64,000 bases of DNA from Mizuhopecten yessoensis (taxonomy: Eukaryota): the NCBI RefSeq assembly GCF_002113885.1, contig NW_018406352.1, forward strand, positions 126,196-190,195, read 5' to 3'. Both the position numbers and the translations under genes were made by a program. Positions within the stretch are counted from its first letter, which is position 1. Each line of letters opens with the position of its first letter. Under the pieces are notes generated by a model. That model was not told the DNA's origin and made no database searches. It saw only the letters and a list, made by a program, of their open reading frames with translations. Shown here piece by piece: positions 62,779-64,000 of the stretch.

Positions 62779-64000
62779 CTATTTGTAGTACTTGAGGAGT
62801 TGTTTCTCCTAATCGTCCGTCTGTGACCTTGTTGCAATCCAATATTTCCTTGTTGTCCGTTGTATATGAGGGTTTTAATGTATTGGCCCGACCCACTGAT
62901 CAGTTCTATGGAATTGTGTTTCCAAACACCTACAACGACGGTTCCTGGTCCGAATTTGTCTGGTGTTACTGTTTCCTTACTCTGGATGTCGTATCATCTG
63001 TAAATGAAACTGACTTTGAGATTTCGGTCGTAAACAATGATGTGCATTGTGTACCTATTCAGGCTTGTATTCTCCTGCTTTCTACTTTCCTCCCAGCTCA
63101 CCGAGGCTATGTTGCCCATTTGACGTGTAGACCAGTTTGTAGGTTGTAATATTTATACTCCCGATCTCCCGATTGACATTTAATTTTGCGACAAAGACGG
63201 TTTGCTGACCGCTGAACCAGATTTGTTCTGTAACCGGACATCGAGACTGACATCTCTGATTTCCGCGTCATGCTTCATCTCCTCTTCAATACCACCAAGT
63301 TTATGGAACAGAAGTACGGAGCCGTTGTTGTACTCGAGAACCGCCAATGCGTTTCCTTCGGGTGTAGGACATATTGACCGGAAAAGCTCTGATAATTTGA
63401 ACTTTGTCATCACTGTCGGTTCGTCCAGCAGGTTGTAGATCGACGATGTGAATGTACCAAGAGCTCGCGTCAAGTGAGGCATCACGAACTTCCGGGAAGA
63501 GAACTCTGCTGTTTGTAATACATGTAAACTGGGAGTAGGGACGTTTCTTAAGGTGTCAATTCAGTATACTACTTGTCAACCAGTGAACCTGTTTGGAGCG
63601 CTTTCTTACATTCTTCAATTTCTTGAGTGAGAACGTCATATCTTTTTTGTTTCCTTTTCTTTTGTTGCATAAGTAGTTCCATGTTTACCCTTTCCATATC
63701 TTGGCATATCAAAGTTCATTGTGCTATTAAGTCATCTATTTCTTGAAAAAAAATCTCCTTGATTTTGCATGTTAGAACATATTTCATTGAACATGATAGT
63801 TTTCCTCCAGTTGGTTGTCAGTTGACATCAAATCCTGTTTAAGTTGAAGGAGAGAACTGTTCTCAGCATCGTTGACAAAGTCATGCATGGCAATTGTCTT
63901 TTCTGCTACAACTTCAGTAAGTTCCTCAAGGTTGTGCGGCTTGTGTATAGACTTGATGCCAAATGTTGTACACATACGTGTTTTACAATCCAGACAAGCA
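62779..64000 (-). pseudogene. Divergent TRIM-like copy E, pseudogene, 5' end outside the window
   Basis: Fragments CTTFGIKSIHKPHNLEEL, QEIDDLIA, YDVLTQEIEECKKALQT, SICPTPEGN and terminal LKYYK* align to A-D but are interrupted by several stops and frameshifts. Confidence 0.8.

Overview
AT-rich eukaryotic DNA. The repeat families (Helentron/HINE elements, L2 and Penelope-like fragments, TTAA MITEs) and the expanded B-box/NHL genes suggest a bivalve mollusc, which is an inference. The left part (5.6-17.3 kb, + strand) is a 7-coding-exon mitochondrial carrier gene whose 360-aa product matches the CoA transporter SLC25A42. Its introns hold tandem repeats and duplications, several of which copy its own splice sites. 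The right part (22-64 kb, - strand) is a birth-and-death tandem cluster of intronless, RING-less TRIM-like genes (B-box, coiled coil, NHL-like propeller): three intact, two long pseudogenes and several stubs, with mosaic sequences and variable propeller loops. The most unusual items are (1) a decayed intronless Tpt1/KptA-like (RNA 2'-phosphotransferase/ADP-ribosyltransferase) gene at about 28.5-29.1 kb followed directly by a replication-dependent-histone-type 3' stem-loop and a purine-rich downstream element, and (2) two families of miniature LTR retroelements whose LTRs carry a tRNA-derived Pol III promoter (Cassandra/Ajax-like). Other notable features are splice-site-seeded minisatellites, a head-to-head inverted 63-bp satellite, a near-perfect 118-bp hairpin MITE and a duplicated ERE+DR1 nuclear-receptor module. 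All calls come from reading the sequence by eye; no searches were run.
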